64,000 nucleotides of DNA from an uncultured Acidobacteriaceae bacterium (GCA_963730795.1 CAVSTJ010000002.1:17007-81006), one strand, 5' to 3'. Counted from the stretch's first letter, positions 47,601 to 54,742 are shown. Notes: generated by a model not told the origin, from the sequence alone. Numbers and translations are program-made.

Positions 47601-50340
47601 TCGTATGGCATTCCAGTTCTTTGAGCGCGAGCGATACCGCCGCCAGAGAGGAAGCGCAGGCAGCGTCAACCGTGAAGTTGCTGCCTCCCAGATCGAAGCG
47701 GTTTGCGACGCGTCCAGCCGAAACATTCGCTAATATTCCTGCGAATGAGTCTTCCGTCCACTCCGGGAGCCGCCCATCCAGGCGATCCACAATCTCGCTG
47801 GTACGGCCGCGGAATTCCGGCAGATCTTCAAGCACGGGCATAAAAGAGCGTGCGCCATACGCCAGCCCCAGGTCGGCAGCTCCTCCGCCAGCGCCGAGAA
47901 TAACCGAGGTCCGTTCCCGTGCAAATGGACGGTCCAGGTAACCGGCATCTTTCAGTGCCGCACGCACCACTTCGAGGGTGAGAAGCTGGACCGGCTCGAT
48001 CGAACGCAGGCTTGCAGGCGGCATCCCGTACTGAACTGGGTCAAAAGCAACGTCATCGATAAAGCCGCCCCATTTCGAATAGATCTTGTCTTTCGCTTTC
48101 GGGTCAGAGTCAAAGTACAGGTCCGAGTTCCATCGCTCTTTCGGAATCTCGCTGATTGCATCAACCTTGCAGAGGATGTTCTCCCAAAAGGTCTCAAGGT
48201 CGGGCGCTTTCGGCAAAATGCATGCCATGCCGACTATCGCCACATCGGAAGGCGCCTGGGCGGGACGTTGCGTTGGGACTTCAGGAAAGCGCTCACGCAA
48301 GCCTTCGAGCTTCTTCGAACCTTCTACAGCCACGTCGCGGTGCAGAGCCGCAATGGTACAAACCGAACCGCGGAGGGCAGCCACTTGGCCGATCATGTAC
48401 ATGCCCTGACTCACTTGTTCGGTCTTTTGGATTTCGACTAGCTTGGGCGCAGCAGGATCGGTGCCAAACCGGGGATGGCGCGTGACGCCTTTCGAGGCGA
48501 TTCTGAGACGGCCGAGATTGAGGTCCTCAAGAGCCATCCTCGTCTCTTCCGCTGAAGCGCCAGATTTCAACAAGCGCTTCTTCTCTTTCACGAACGCACT
48601 CAAGTAGGGCGTATCAACGCAGCGTGTGGCATGACCCGGGCCGGTTTCGAGCAGCACCGTGCGGCTGCATTTTTGAGCCTGTTCCTGAAAGGCTTCACGG
48701 ATAGCTCCGGAGGCTACGGCTTCTTGAGTGAATAGATAGGCGGTCCCGAGCAGGACACCAACACGAACTCCGCGTTCGGCTAAAGGCGCCGCGATCACTG
48801 AGACCATGGCCGCCGAGAGTGCATCGTGAATGCCGCCGGCGAATACAACATGGAAATCTTCGGGCGTCGCGTCCAGTGCGGGTGCATTCAGGAGCACATC
48901 GACCATCTGGTTCCACAACACGAAGCTGGCGCGTGGACCTACATGCCCTCCGCACTCACGACCTTCGAAAACGAAGCGGCGTGCTCCTTGCTGAACAAAC
49001 ATCTGTAACAAGCCCGGCGAGGGCACATGTAGGTAGCTGATGATTCCATTCGACTCGAGCGTACGTGCCTGGTCCGGTCTGCCGCCAGCAATCAGCGCAA
49101 AGGGCGGGCGGTACTTCCGGACCACTTCCATCTGTTCCTCGCGGAGCTCGGCTGGAACGAATCCGAGAATTCCGACGCCCCAGGGCAGATTTCGCAGACG
49201 GATCTGGGTTTCCGCCAGGAGTGCTTCCACCTCGGGTCCCCTCATCAGTGCCAGAGCCAAAAAAGGAAGCGCGCCTTCTTCAGCAACCCGGCCTGCGAAC
49301 TCCGGAACATCACTAACCCGCGTCATTGGACCTTGCAGGATCGGGTACCGTGTACCGTGCGAACGGGCCATTGCGGAGTTCTCATCCAAGGGCCGCAATC
49401 TCTCTGCGTTCTCGCAGTGTGTTCGGACCGCATCCCGCATTGCCTGCAACACACCAGCCACCGTCCGGAAGCGCTGGGCCAGAGATGCAGCGAACGCGGC
49501 ATCCTGACCGAGCATCAGAACCTTCTGCTCGGATTCCCACCCGGCGCGTTCCACGATTGCTTCACGCCATGATTCAAGAACTTCTTCCGCCTGACGATCA
49601 TCCACCGCTAAGCGCGTTTCGATCTCACCTAGCGCCTTTACAGCCGTGTGCCCGGGTCGGAAGTACATGCGGTAAGCTTCCCCGAGCTGCTCGCCCAGAC
49701 AGACGGTCTCGCTGCCATCCATGGAAGCGATCTTTGCTTTGATTGGTTCCGGCAGGCACGACTCCCGCGTCAGCGCTAACTGCGAGTCCAGCACGAGACC
49801 CGCTGCTCCGCCGACGACACAGGCGGCCGCCGTATGCAGTCCGATACCGCCCTGAACCCAGACCGGCAACTGAACCTCAGTTTTGAAGCGCTGCAGAAGA
49901 ACAAATGTGGTTTCGTTCGCTACCCGGCCTCCAGCCTCATGGCCCTTCGCTATTACTCCACTGAAGCCAAGCGCTGCCGCGATCTGAGCGTGTTCTAAAC
50001 ATCGCGCTTCGAGCAGTATGGAAACGCTCTTTTCACGGAGAGCTTGCGCTCCATGCCCCAGTTCTTTGGGGTCACTACAGGTGAAAACGACCGTCTTGAG
50101 ATTGCTGGGCAGCCTCGAACTCAAACGTGCAATGAGGCCTGGTGTAGCTCCACTGAGTTTTACGCCAAATCCCTGAGGAAGAACTTGATTCAACTTATCA
50201 ATGGCACGTACGGCCGCGTCTTCGTCGCGAACGTATTCAAAATCCAGGATGGCTAATCCTCCCGCTCGATGAGTTGCAATGGCTATCGAGGGCTGGAGAA
50301 GACCTGGAGTCAAGGTGGCGATCTGGAATGTATTTAACAT
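41635..50340 (-). CDS. type I PKS / PUFA-synthase-like megasynthase: NMO-like(ER')-ER-KS-AT-ACP-ACP-KR-DH
   Basis: Approximate domain positions follow. ER' is at 49440-50340 (KGHEAGGRV). The PfaD/FabK-type ER is at 48420-49370 (YPILQGPMTRVSD, EGRECGGHVG). KS is at 46888-48246 (DAACASS, Cys codon 47656-47658; EAHGTGT; GHTKCSAG). AT is at 45580-46520 (FLFPGQGSQY; GHSYGE, Ser codon 46219-46221; CAFHSP). Two ACPs carry LGIDSIKRVEILG (Ser codons 44737-44739 and 44422-44424). KR is at 42700-44100 (VLVTGGARGIGA; YAAAN). DH is at 41635-42480 (HRIDGRPVLP; LFHGPLLQG). Confidence 0.95.
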   Translation of the reverse strand: MLNTFQIATLTPGLLQPSIAIATHRAGGLAILDFEYVRDEDAAVRAIDKLNQVLPQGFGVKLSGATPGLIARLSSRLPSNLKTVVFTCSDPKELGHGAQALREKSVSILLEARCLEHAQIAAALGFSGVIAKGHEAGGRVANETTFVLLQRFKTEVQLPVWVQGGIGLHTAAACVVGGAAGLVLDSQLALTRESCLPEPIKAKIASMDGSETVCLGEQLGEAYRMYFRPGHTAVKALGEIETRLAVDDRQAEEVLESWREAIVERAGWESEQKVLMLGQDAAFAASLAQRFRTVAGVLQAMRDAVRTHCENAERLRPLDENSAMARSHGTRYPILQGPMTRVSDVPEFAGRVAEEGALPFLALALMRGPEVEALLAETQIRLRNLPWGVGILGFVPAELREEQMEVVRKYRPPFALIAGGRPDQARTLESNGIISYLHVPSPGLLQMFVQQGARRFVFEGRECGGHVGPRASFVLWNQMVDVLLNAPALDATPEDFHVVFAGGIHDALSAAMVSVIAAPLAERGVRVGVLLGTAYLFTQEAVASGAIREAFQEQAQKCSRTVLLETGPGHATRCVDTPYLSAFVKEKKRLLKSGASAEETRMALEDLNLGRLRIASKGVTRHPRFGTDPAAPKLVEIQKTEQVSQGMYMIGQVAALRGSVCTIAALHRDVAVEGSKKLEGLRERFPEVPTQRPAQAPSDVAIVGMACILPKAPDLETFWENILCKVDAISEIPKERWNSDLYFDSDPKAKDKIYSKWGGFIDDVAFDPVQYGMPPASLRSIEPVQLLTLEVVRAALKDAGYLDRPFARERTSVILGAGGGAADLGLAYGARSFMPVLEDLPEFRGRTSEIVDRLDGRLPEWTEDSFAGILANVSAGRVANRFDLGGSNFTVDAACASSLAAVSLALKELECHTSDMVIVGGIDTMQNPFTYLCFSKTHALSPRGRCRTFDESADGIAISEGIAMMVFKRLADAERDGDRIYAVIKGAGSSSDGKDRGLTAPRPEGQARALNRAYAKAGLSPATVGLIEAHGTGTVAGDGAEVQALTQVFSDARAPLQSCAIGSVKSMVGHTKCSAGAVGLVKAALALHHKVLPPTLGVEKPNPRARFPETPFFVNTEAQAWLNGLAQNPRRAGVSAFGFGGTNFHVVVEEYTGTPASAQPTRTRQWSDELFVWRAENRQALLQTVETWDEALRVPTAPILRDLAFTAWKQAEELSAGARKSALQLAIVASSVDDLKQKLASARKSLVQSEVARISDPRGIYFSQEPLGSQGKVAFLFPGQGSQYPHMLQDLLIYFPEMQEVFESANAALGERLEKPLSSYVFPPPSFNTQEADNRQCALTETHIAQPALGAAGLAMSGLLGELGLKPDMVAGHSYGEYVALAAAGAFSPETLIAISEARGRFIVDAAGGEPGVMAAIEADAVTVAAVVDGIQGVCIANANAPRQIVISGTKAGVEEALKQFGARGTSVRRIPVACAFHSPTVSGAQQGLAQFLSGVKVGTPTIPVYSNTTAEPYPTEPDAIVTRLLEHLVRPVEFAREIESMYDAGARIFVEAGPRGVLTGLVDKILGDRPKLAVASNQSGRPGLTQVLHLLAQLAAQGVSVKLDRLYRGRSSRRLDLGALGQDNEKQLSPSVWLVNGARAKPLKEVAGRNGRANGSQKMDSSKHPKESTAGLSVPPIPAPVNGSAAASHQGAAPPSPPPVQPSPVVLNGSHEPAPAVTRSLDNVSHVVVHFQQIMTRFLDVQQTVMINYLEGQSTPSTLEPALRELAPRPQAEPTRDLFALQHFVAAEPLIPQPVTQPEIAVSAAPVAAHALKSTPGPLPSEKSAGKTDPATELTKRLLTIVSDRTGYPPEMLDLQLDLEADLGIDSIKRVEILGTFQQSFAEMGINAGEGLMEGLSGIRTLQGVIDRVAEQIGAEAPTSVSSAEMSVPKAGAPSREQLTARLLATVSDRTGYPPEMLDVDADMEADLGIDSIKRVEILGNFQQALFELGQATHEGMIEQLAGMHTLRGIIDCVLQVAQKKPVSGDSEPATADKSDEHFRATAGVSTSNDHKRETANIGRFTLAAVERPLAGALQPVAKDRTVLITDDGRGIATALGEELHRRGHHVVTVAMGERVQERASGFYEADLGSPEAVNQLISLVNERQGAIGAIVHLYPLANRPSPRNLALEDSSQKLMVGTKSLFYLAKAAGKQLREAGQNKGASLIAATGMGGAFMTGLSPDSPVSYPDHGGIAGLTKTLAIEWPEVRIRVVDLNPEENGQDLADHLLGEMNVAEEGHTEIGYQGARRLCLDLNLTAPERKGKPALAIDSSSVVLVTGGARGIGARAAHRIAERYGSTIVLIGRTPMPEAQESAETSQLSSPKELKAALMESMRRGGDQVTPARVEQAYARLMSEREIRQNLKELRKLGGAVHYETVDVRDAEAFASVIDSIYERFGRLDGVIHAAGVIEDKLVQDKTVESFDRVFDTKVNSAFTLTRKLHSESLQFLVFFTSVAGRFGNRGQGDYAAANEVLNKLAVSLDRSWPGRVVAMNWGPWDSPGMVSEEVRRQFVERGVELIPPEVGLQMLEDELNFGHRGEAEVVIGGAGWSPVKQHAESFGDWPLLPRISSSGVNGTREFVCELDPVHDRYLDDHRIDGRPVLPLAVASELMAEVVAQNWPELQFTSIRDLQLLKGIVLDKEHGNIRIVSKSQSVSEPNKTSVAVELVSAEQPYRVHYRATVELAQGLPQTPPREPVLLSDGGAFRLTREDFYNQWLFHGPLLQGISRIESIGPSGITALLARSRPSDLVAGDPKRPWLIDPLMFDSALQLLVVWAREHWDMTALPSGFQSYSRFGEPSSGPVLCEMRIRPNTGSQTIHADIFFIDAATRRVFAVLDDMQGACSTALNRLARKSMTAAVGLGS
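44296..44859 (-). repeat. tandem ACP-domain duplication inside the 2901-aa synthase (315-nt period)
   Basis: Two copies of SDRTGYPPEMLD...EADLGIDSIKRVEILG..., with Ser codons exactly 315 nt apart. The nucleotide sequences are visibly similar but diverged. Confidence 0.85.
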
Positions 50341-50646
50341 CGCTTTATCTCGTTACTTACGCACCGGAACTAACGAGTGCATGAAGCTGGGTTAGTTAGT
50401 TATTGAAACACAGATCGTGGTGTTATGAAATACCTAAAAGATTGACTCAAATGTAACGGAGCTCAGGTTACACATATCGTCAATCGGATGGGAAGGAGCA
50501 GGCTAAGCTCCAAGCTTCTCTCTCGAGCAAATCGGAAGCTGCTGCTTCCGAAAGACACGTTTCGCGGCTTTTGTTGCGACGGGATTAAAGCGAAGTTAAG
50601 AATGTCCGGAGGCTAAACCGGGAAAGTTGACCACTGGATAGGAACG
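50341..50646 (-). promoter_or_regulatory. 306-nt AT-richer leader between the NusG-paralog gene and the PKS start, with stem-loops
   Basis: A perfect 7-bp stem CGGAAGC-N4-GCTTCCG at 50533-50550 is followed on the transcript strand by ATTTG. A second stem GGAGC-N7-GCTCC lies at 50483-50499. A candidate sigma70-like pair TTGAGT-N17-CATAAC (50450..50422, minus strand) is weak. Confidence 0.35.
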
Positions 50647-51240
50647 CTAAATGTTGCGATTCCCCGGCTCATGTTCCGCCAATCGTTCATTGTCCTGTAA
50701 CGAGACTCCACTAATAATGTTGGGAAGATTGCGGTCTTTCACTGGCCGCACACAAGTTCTGTCGACCTCTACTGAGACGGATCGCTGCAGCAGTGAAATC
50801 GATAAGACAAGTCGGTCGTGGCCTTTTTCACTAACCAACACGCCTTCGATACCGGTCAGGGGTCCGCGGTAGACGTACACTTGTTCGCCCGCTTTGAGAT
50901 ACGCCCAGGGTGTCACTTCGGAATTCGACGCGAGCAGATGACGAATGGCGGCAAGCTCTTCGTCCTCAATTGGGAGTAGCTTTTCACCGGCACGAACCAC
51001 ATCGAACACGCCCGGTGTGGTAAGCACGGCGAGCGTTTCTTCGGGGTCGACTCGGCAGAACAGATATCCCGGAAACAGGGCGGCATCCACCTTCCGCACG
51101 CGTCCCGGATAATGTCGGAGTTCTTTGTAGGTAGGCAGGAAAGTCTCAAACGACTTCCGCCGGAGAGCATCTTGAACTAGTATTTCGCTGCGCGTTCTTA
51201 CCTGGAGCGCCAGCCAAGGGCATGGAGAGTCGAACTGCAT
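50647..51240 (-). CDS. NusG-family specialised paralog (RfaH/LoaP/TaA/UpxY-like transcription antiterminator)
   Basis: NGN-domain start PWLALQVRTRSEILVQDALRRKSFETFLPTY...FPGYLFCRV. KOW-like GEQVYVYRGPLTGIEGVLV. It is 197 aa and sits at the head of a 26-kb co-directional array. Confidence 0.8.
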   Translation of the reverse strand: MQFDSPCPWLALQVRTRSEILVQDALRRKSFETFLPTYKELRHYPGRVRKVDAALFPGYLFCRVDPEETLAVLTTPGVFDVVRAGEKLLPIEDEELAAIRHLLASNSEVTPWAYLKAGEQVYVYRGPLTGIEGVLVSEKGHDRLVLSISLLQRSVSVEVDRTCVRPVKDRNLPNIISGVSLQDNERLAEHEPGNRNI

Positions 51241-51522
51241 AGAAAACTTTTCTTTCTATCAGTAAATTTTTTTGGCCAAGCTCCGCCGCTTTTTTGCCGC
51301 CCTATAACTAACACGCAGTGAAGTAACCTAACAATTACTCTTACCGGCGCGTGGGGAAAGCGCACTCGCTCAGCCTAACTTCTAATTTCGGTATGAAACA
51401 TAGCCTACAGCGCTACGGGCCCTATGTCAATGAGGACCTTCAGCATTCTAATACGTCTTTAGTACCGATGTTGTTCTGATCTCGCTTCAGGAGCACGCTC
51501 TGTAGCGCCTCCGAACCGGACC

Positions 51523-52749
51523 TCATTTCCCGGCAGCTTGCCTTCCGCAAGCTCCCTGAAAAACTACATCCCAGTATTCATATTCCGGGAAGGAAAGCTG
51601 CCTAAGACCGGCGGAGCGGCCGTCGGGACTCCACTCGGGGCTCGCTGCAATTCCCCCTTTCTTGGAATACTCCGGATACCCTGGCTCTCTGAAATGAGTT
51701 AGCTGTGTCAAGCCGCTGCCGTCCGCGTTCATCAGCATGAACTCTGTTTTGATCTTCAGAACTTTTGAGGCGTTTGGGTCGGCGCGGTACGGATTTGCAC
51801 TCATCAGCAGGATTGTTCTTCCGTCAGGAGAGAAGCGGCCGTGCTCGTCCCATACAGTAGGAGATCGAGTCAGGTTGGTGAGGATACCGCTTGTTATGTT
51901 CAACAGATACTGATCCATCCCTTGAGCGTCCTTCTCGACCGAACCACTCAGCAGAAGCGTCTCGCTGTCCGGATGGAAGTTTCCTGGTTCATTCCAGTTC
52001 ATGCCTGGTGGTGTGATGTCCCTGGTATGAACGAAGGTCGGCCTCCCGTCCACTTCTTGGAAATCTGCCAAAACCAGTTCCCATCGCCCAAACGGCCAGA
52101 ACTTGAAGACATTTCCATCGACGATTTGGGACCAGACGGCTTTGTGGCCGTCAGGCGTAAACGCAGGTCCAGTGAATCCATCTGCAACTCCCTTAGTTCC
52201 CGATTTGAAATCAGTCAGTCGAAACCATTGCAAACCGTCCGGCGAAACCGCGTACATGTTGGTCCATAAACCGCTTTGTAACTCGCCTTCAACATAGGTT
52301 TTGCTCAAACCCAAGAGCGGTGGCTTAGAGTACTTGTCGCGTTCCACTGCAAGAAAAATCCATCGGCCGGATGGGTGCCAATGTGGCTGCATTTTGAAGC
52401 GCTTCGGATTCGGCCCTCCAGGAACCTCGTCGCAGGTTATACATTTAACATTCTGGCTACCATCAACGCCGATGTAGATTTGAGCGACATTCATTGCGTC
52501 TTTTTTGTTGACCAGGTACCGTTGATGATCGCTAGAATACACGACCAAGCCTTGGACCTCACTCTTCCTGAGTTCCTTGACCGCACACGGGCTCCCCTGC
52601 CCCGGTGCCCGCGACTGTAAGAGCTCAGATGTTCCGAGCGCGAGGTGCGCTGAACCCATGAGCAGAAGCGCCGCCGCCAGTTGCCGGTGCCGGAATCGGC
52701 AGAAGGTGAGGGGAATCTGGAGACTGAGGTCGATCATCAACTTACTCAA
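51523..52749 (-). CDS. secreted TolB-like beta-propeller protein, paralog of 19669..20823
   Basis: Signal peptide (LAAALLLMGSAHLALG). Peptide blocks shared with the 384-aa paralog: YLVNKKDA..VAQIY.G, FKMQPHWHPSG.WIF.AV, GFTGPA.TPDG..AVW.QIVDGNVF, TEFMLMNADGS...QLTHF. Confidence 0.6.
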   Translation of the reverse strand: MSKLMIDLSLQIPLTFCRFRHRQLAAALLLMGSAHLALGTSELLQSRAPGQGSPCAVKELRKSEVQGLVVYSSDHQRYLVNKKDAMNVAQIYIGVDGSQNVKCITCDEVPGGPNPKRFKMQPHWHPSGRWIFLAVERDKYSKPPLLGLSKTYVEGELQSGLWTNMYAVSPDGLQWFRLTDFKSGTKGVADGFTGPAFTPDGHKAVWSQIVDGNVFKFWPFGRWELVLADFQEVDGRPTFVHTRDITPPGMNWNEPGNFHPDSETLLLSGSVEKDAQGMDQYLLNITSGILTNLTRSPTVWDEHGRFSPDGRTILLMSANPYRADPNASKVLKIKTEFMLMNADGSGLTQLTHFREPGYPEYSKKGGIAASPEWSPDGRSAGLRQLSFPEYEYWDVVFQGACGRQAAGK

Positions 52750-53209
52750 TTAATCGCGGGGTTTGGTCACGGGCGGGCCGTAACTGCTTGTCGCGCCAAG
52801 TGACTGAATCACCTTTGACCGTCGCCCGAAGCCTCGTCAAATCGTTTAGAATCTCACGAGCACTGCTCAAAGTGAAAGAGAGTTGGTGAAGTCTGAGCAA
52901 CGCAAGTTTGACTTCCTTTGCGTGACTCGCCATCGGACAGTCGTTAAGTGTTCCCCGAGCTTCTATCGAAGCTTCCACGACCTCGCCCTGCAGGAGAACA
53001 ATGAACTCCAAGGCACTCTCCAGATAGGCGAATGGGTGTGCGATGTTGCTCGACATTCCGTCGGTCCTCTCTCGTGGTTTGGGTCCAGAACCGGTCCAAA
53101 CCCGACTAAATAATCGTGTGAAGGTGGAAAAAGTTGTTGGGGCCGCCAGTAACTCTGAAACTTGACGTCCCGGTAACATCGAATTGTACTGACTGAAACC
53201 TGATCGCAC
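52742..53209 (-). CDS. hypothetical protein
   Basis: ORF only, with no recognisable motif. A shorter version from ATG 53056 (MSSNIAHPF..., about 104 aa, helical-looking) is equally possible. It overlaps the downstream propeller gene start by 8 nt. Confidence 0.3.
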   Translation of the reverse strand: MRSGFSQYNSMLPGRQVSELLAAPTTFSTFTRLFSRVWTGSGPKPRERTDGMSSNIAHPFAYLESALEFIVLLQGEVVEASIEARGTLNDCPMASHAKEVKLALLRLHQLSFTLSSAREILNDLTRLRATVKGDSVTWRDKQLRPARDQTPRLIE

Positions 53210-53355
53210 AAGTAAAAAGTGAAATCAGGCCGGACCAGTCGGTCGCCGAGGCGAACAACTGGTTCCAGAGTTTGCTCGTCGGATCCTCCGAGCATGCAAA
53301 TCCCTGGCAGACACCTTGGCTAGTGAGTTAGCTAAGCCTCAGATGTGCCCCTAAG

Positions 53356-54200
53356 CTAGCGGCCGCGCCGACCAGTGTGATGAGCGTGCTCTTCGATCGA
53401 CAAGAACACTCCAGCAGGAATGCTAAGATTACCGCGACCAGTACCGAGCTTGATGCCAGGCTTCACGTCGCCGTGAAGTCAGAGCCTCCGGTTACGGCGA
53501 GCTTGTACCGCTGAGCTAATCGAAGATACATCTCCACTGCTCCACTCGTGTGATCACTGTGACAAACCTCGATCGCATCAAGACCATACCCACACAACCG
53601 GGGTAAAACCTGATCGAAATTACCTTTGATACGCACGGGGTGAGCAAGAGATGTGATGCCTCCCTGAGCACGCACTTGTGCGATACACAACTCGAGCTGT
53701 GGCTCCAGCCGGTCAACATAGCATGAACTCGATACATCTAGATACTTGTCGAACGCTTCTTGAATGCTCTTGACATAGCCCTTCTCGAGGAGAACCTGAG
53801 CGAAATGTGGTCTGCCCGCCATCTTTCGGCCCTTCTCGTGGACCTCTTCGTACCGGATATCGAACCCTGCTTGCCGCAAGCGCGCCACGAGCCGCTGGTT
53901 GCGGTCATATCGGGAGGCTTGCATCTGTTCGACCTAGGCTTGTGCCTCGGCTGGACAGCCATCCAGATAATAGGCAAGCAGGTGGACCGATTAGCCCTCA
54001 AACTTGGTGGAGAGCTCGATACCACAGACAAGCTCGACCCCGTACTGGCGGGCAACGGACACCGCCGCGTCGTAACCCGAGAAGGTGTCGTGATCAGTGA
54101 CTGCGAGTACAGTCACGCCTGCGCGCTTCGCCTTGAGGATCACGTCCGCTGGGCAAAGTGTTCCATCCGATTCACTTGTATGGACATGCAGTTTTATCAT
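53356..54200 (-). pseudogene. PHP-domain phosphoesterase (TrpH/YciV-like), two in-frame stops plus one frameshift
   Basis: MIKLHVHTSESDGTL...LAVTDHDT is in ORF 53991..54200. In the same frame come TAA (53991-53993), SVHLLAYYLDGCPAEAQA, TAG (53934-53936), then ORF 53463..53924. GGSDFTAT* becomes GGSDFHGDVKPG... (canonical GSDFH) if one base is restored near 53470-53477, which extends the gene to TAG 53356-53358. Confidence 0.8.
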
Positions 54201-54742
54201 CCCGGAACGAGGCCCTTGTCCTTCAGCACAGCCCAGATTCTGTCAACCCCCTGAACCGGACTCTCCGTGGCAGAATGGATCACGACATGTGGAGAGATCG
54301 GCGGCTCGTAAGGATCAGAGACACCGGTGAAGTTCGTTATCTCGCCGGCCAAAGCCTTTCGGTACAGGCCTTTGACATCGCGCGCTGCGAGAACCTCTAG
54401 TGAACATTCCATGTAAATTTCGATGAAATTCGCGATTTCCTTCCGGAGTTGATCGCGCATTTCACGATATGGAGAGATGACAGCCGCAATCGCCAAAACA
54501 CCGTTGCGCGAAAGAAGGTTGCAAACGAACCCGACACGCCGGATGTTCTCATCCCGATCCTGTTTGCTAAAGCCCAGATCCTTGCAGAGGTGTTGGCGGA
54601 CCAGATCTCCGTCCAAGATCTCAACCAGCTTTCCGCAATCTCGAAGCCGTTCAGCTACGAGCCGCGCAGTTGTGGTCTTTCCCGCGCCTGACAATCCGGT
54701 GATCCAAAGAGTACAGCCTTCGCAATTCACCCGCGCCTCCAA
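54197..54742 (-). CDS. cysC: adenylylsulfate (APS) kinase
   Basis: P-loop LWITGLSGAGKTTTARLV and DGDLVRQHLCKDLGFSKQDRDENIRR, typical of CysC. It is 181 aa. The start is uncertain (TTG 54742 or GTG 54730). Confidence 0.9.
   Translation of the reverse strand: MEARVNCEGCTLWITGLSGAGKTTTARLVAERLRDCGKLVEILDGDLVRQHLCKDLGFSKQDRDENIRRVGFVCNLLSRNGVLAIAAVISPYREMRDQLRKEIANFIEIYMECSLEVLAARDVKGLYRKALAGEITNFTGVSDPYEPPISPHVVIHSATESPVQGVDRIWAVLKDKGLVPG

Noticed and set aside
38450-49742. Many plus-strand ORFs of 60-246 aa inside the two synthase genes (e.g. 38450..39190, 42559..43260, 43267..43815, 44224..44797, 47402..47941, 49040..49507)
   Set aside because: All are antisense or off-frame to continuous KS/AT/ACP/KR/DH/ER motifs on the minus strand. 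Their Arg/Ser/Pro-rich composition is typical of shadow ORFs in GC-rich DNA.
41635-50340. Canonical EPA/DHA-type PUFA synthase
   Set aside because: The tandem ACPs and the ER resemble Pfa systems. However, there is no KS-CLF pair and no tandem FabA-type DH domains. The second synthase carries its own AT and a PPTase. GT1, sulfotransferase and C-domain tailoring genes point to a different product.
53934-53993. Stop-codon recoding (selenocysteine, pyrrolysine or read-through) in the PHP gene
   Set aside because: The two in-frame stops are TAA and TAG, not TGA, and TAA has no known recoding. The same gene also carries a frameshift destroying the GSDFH motif. Other genes in the window terminate on TAA and TAG.
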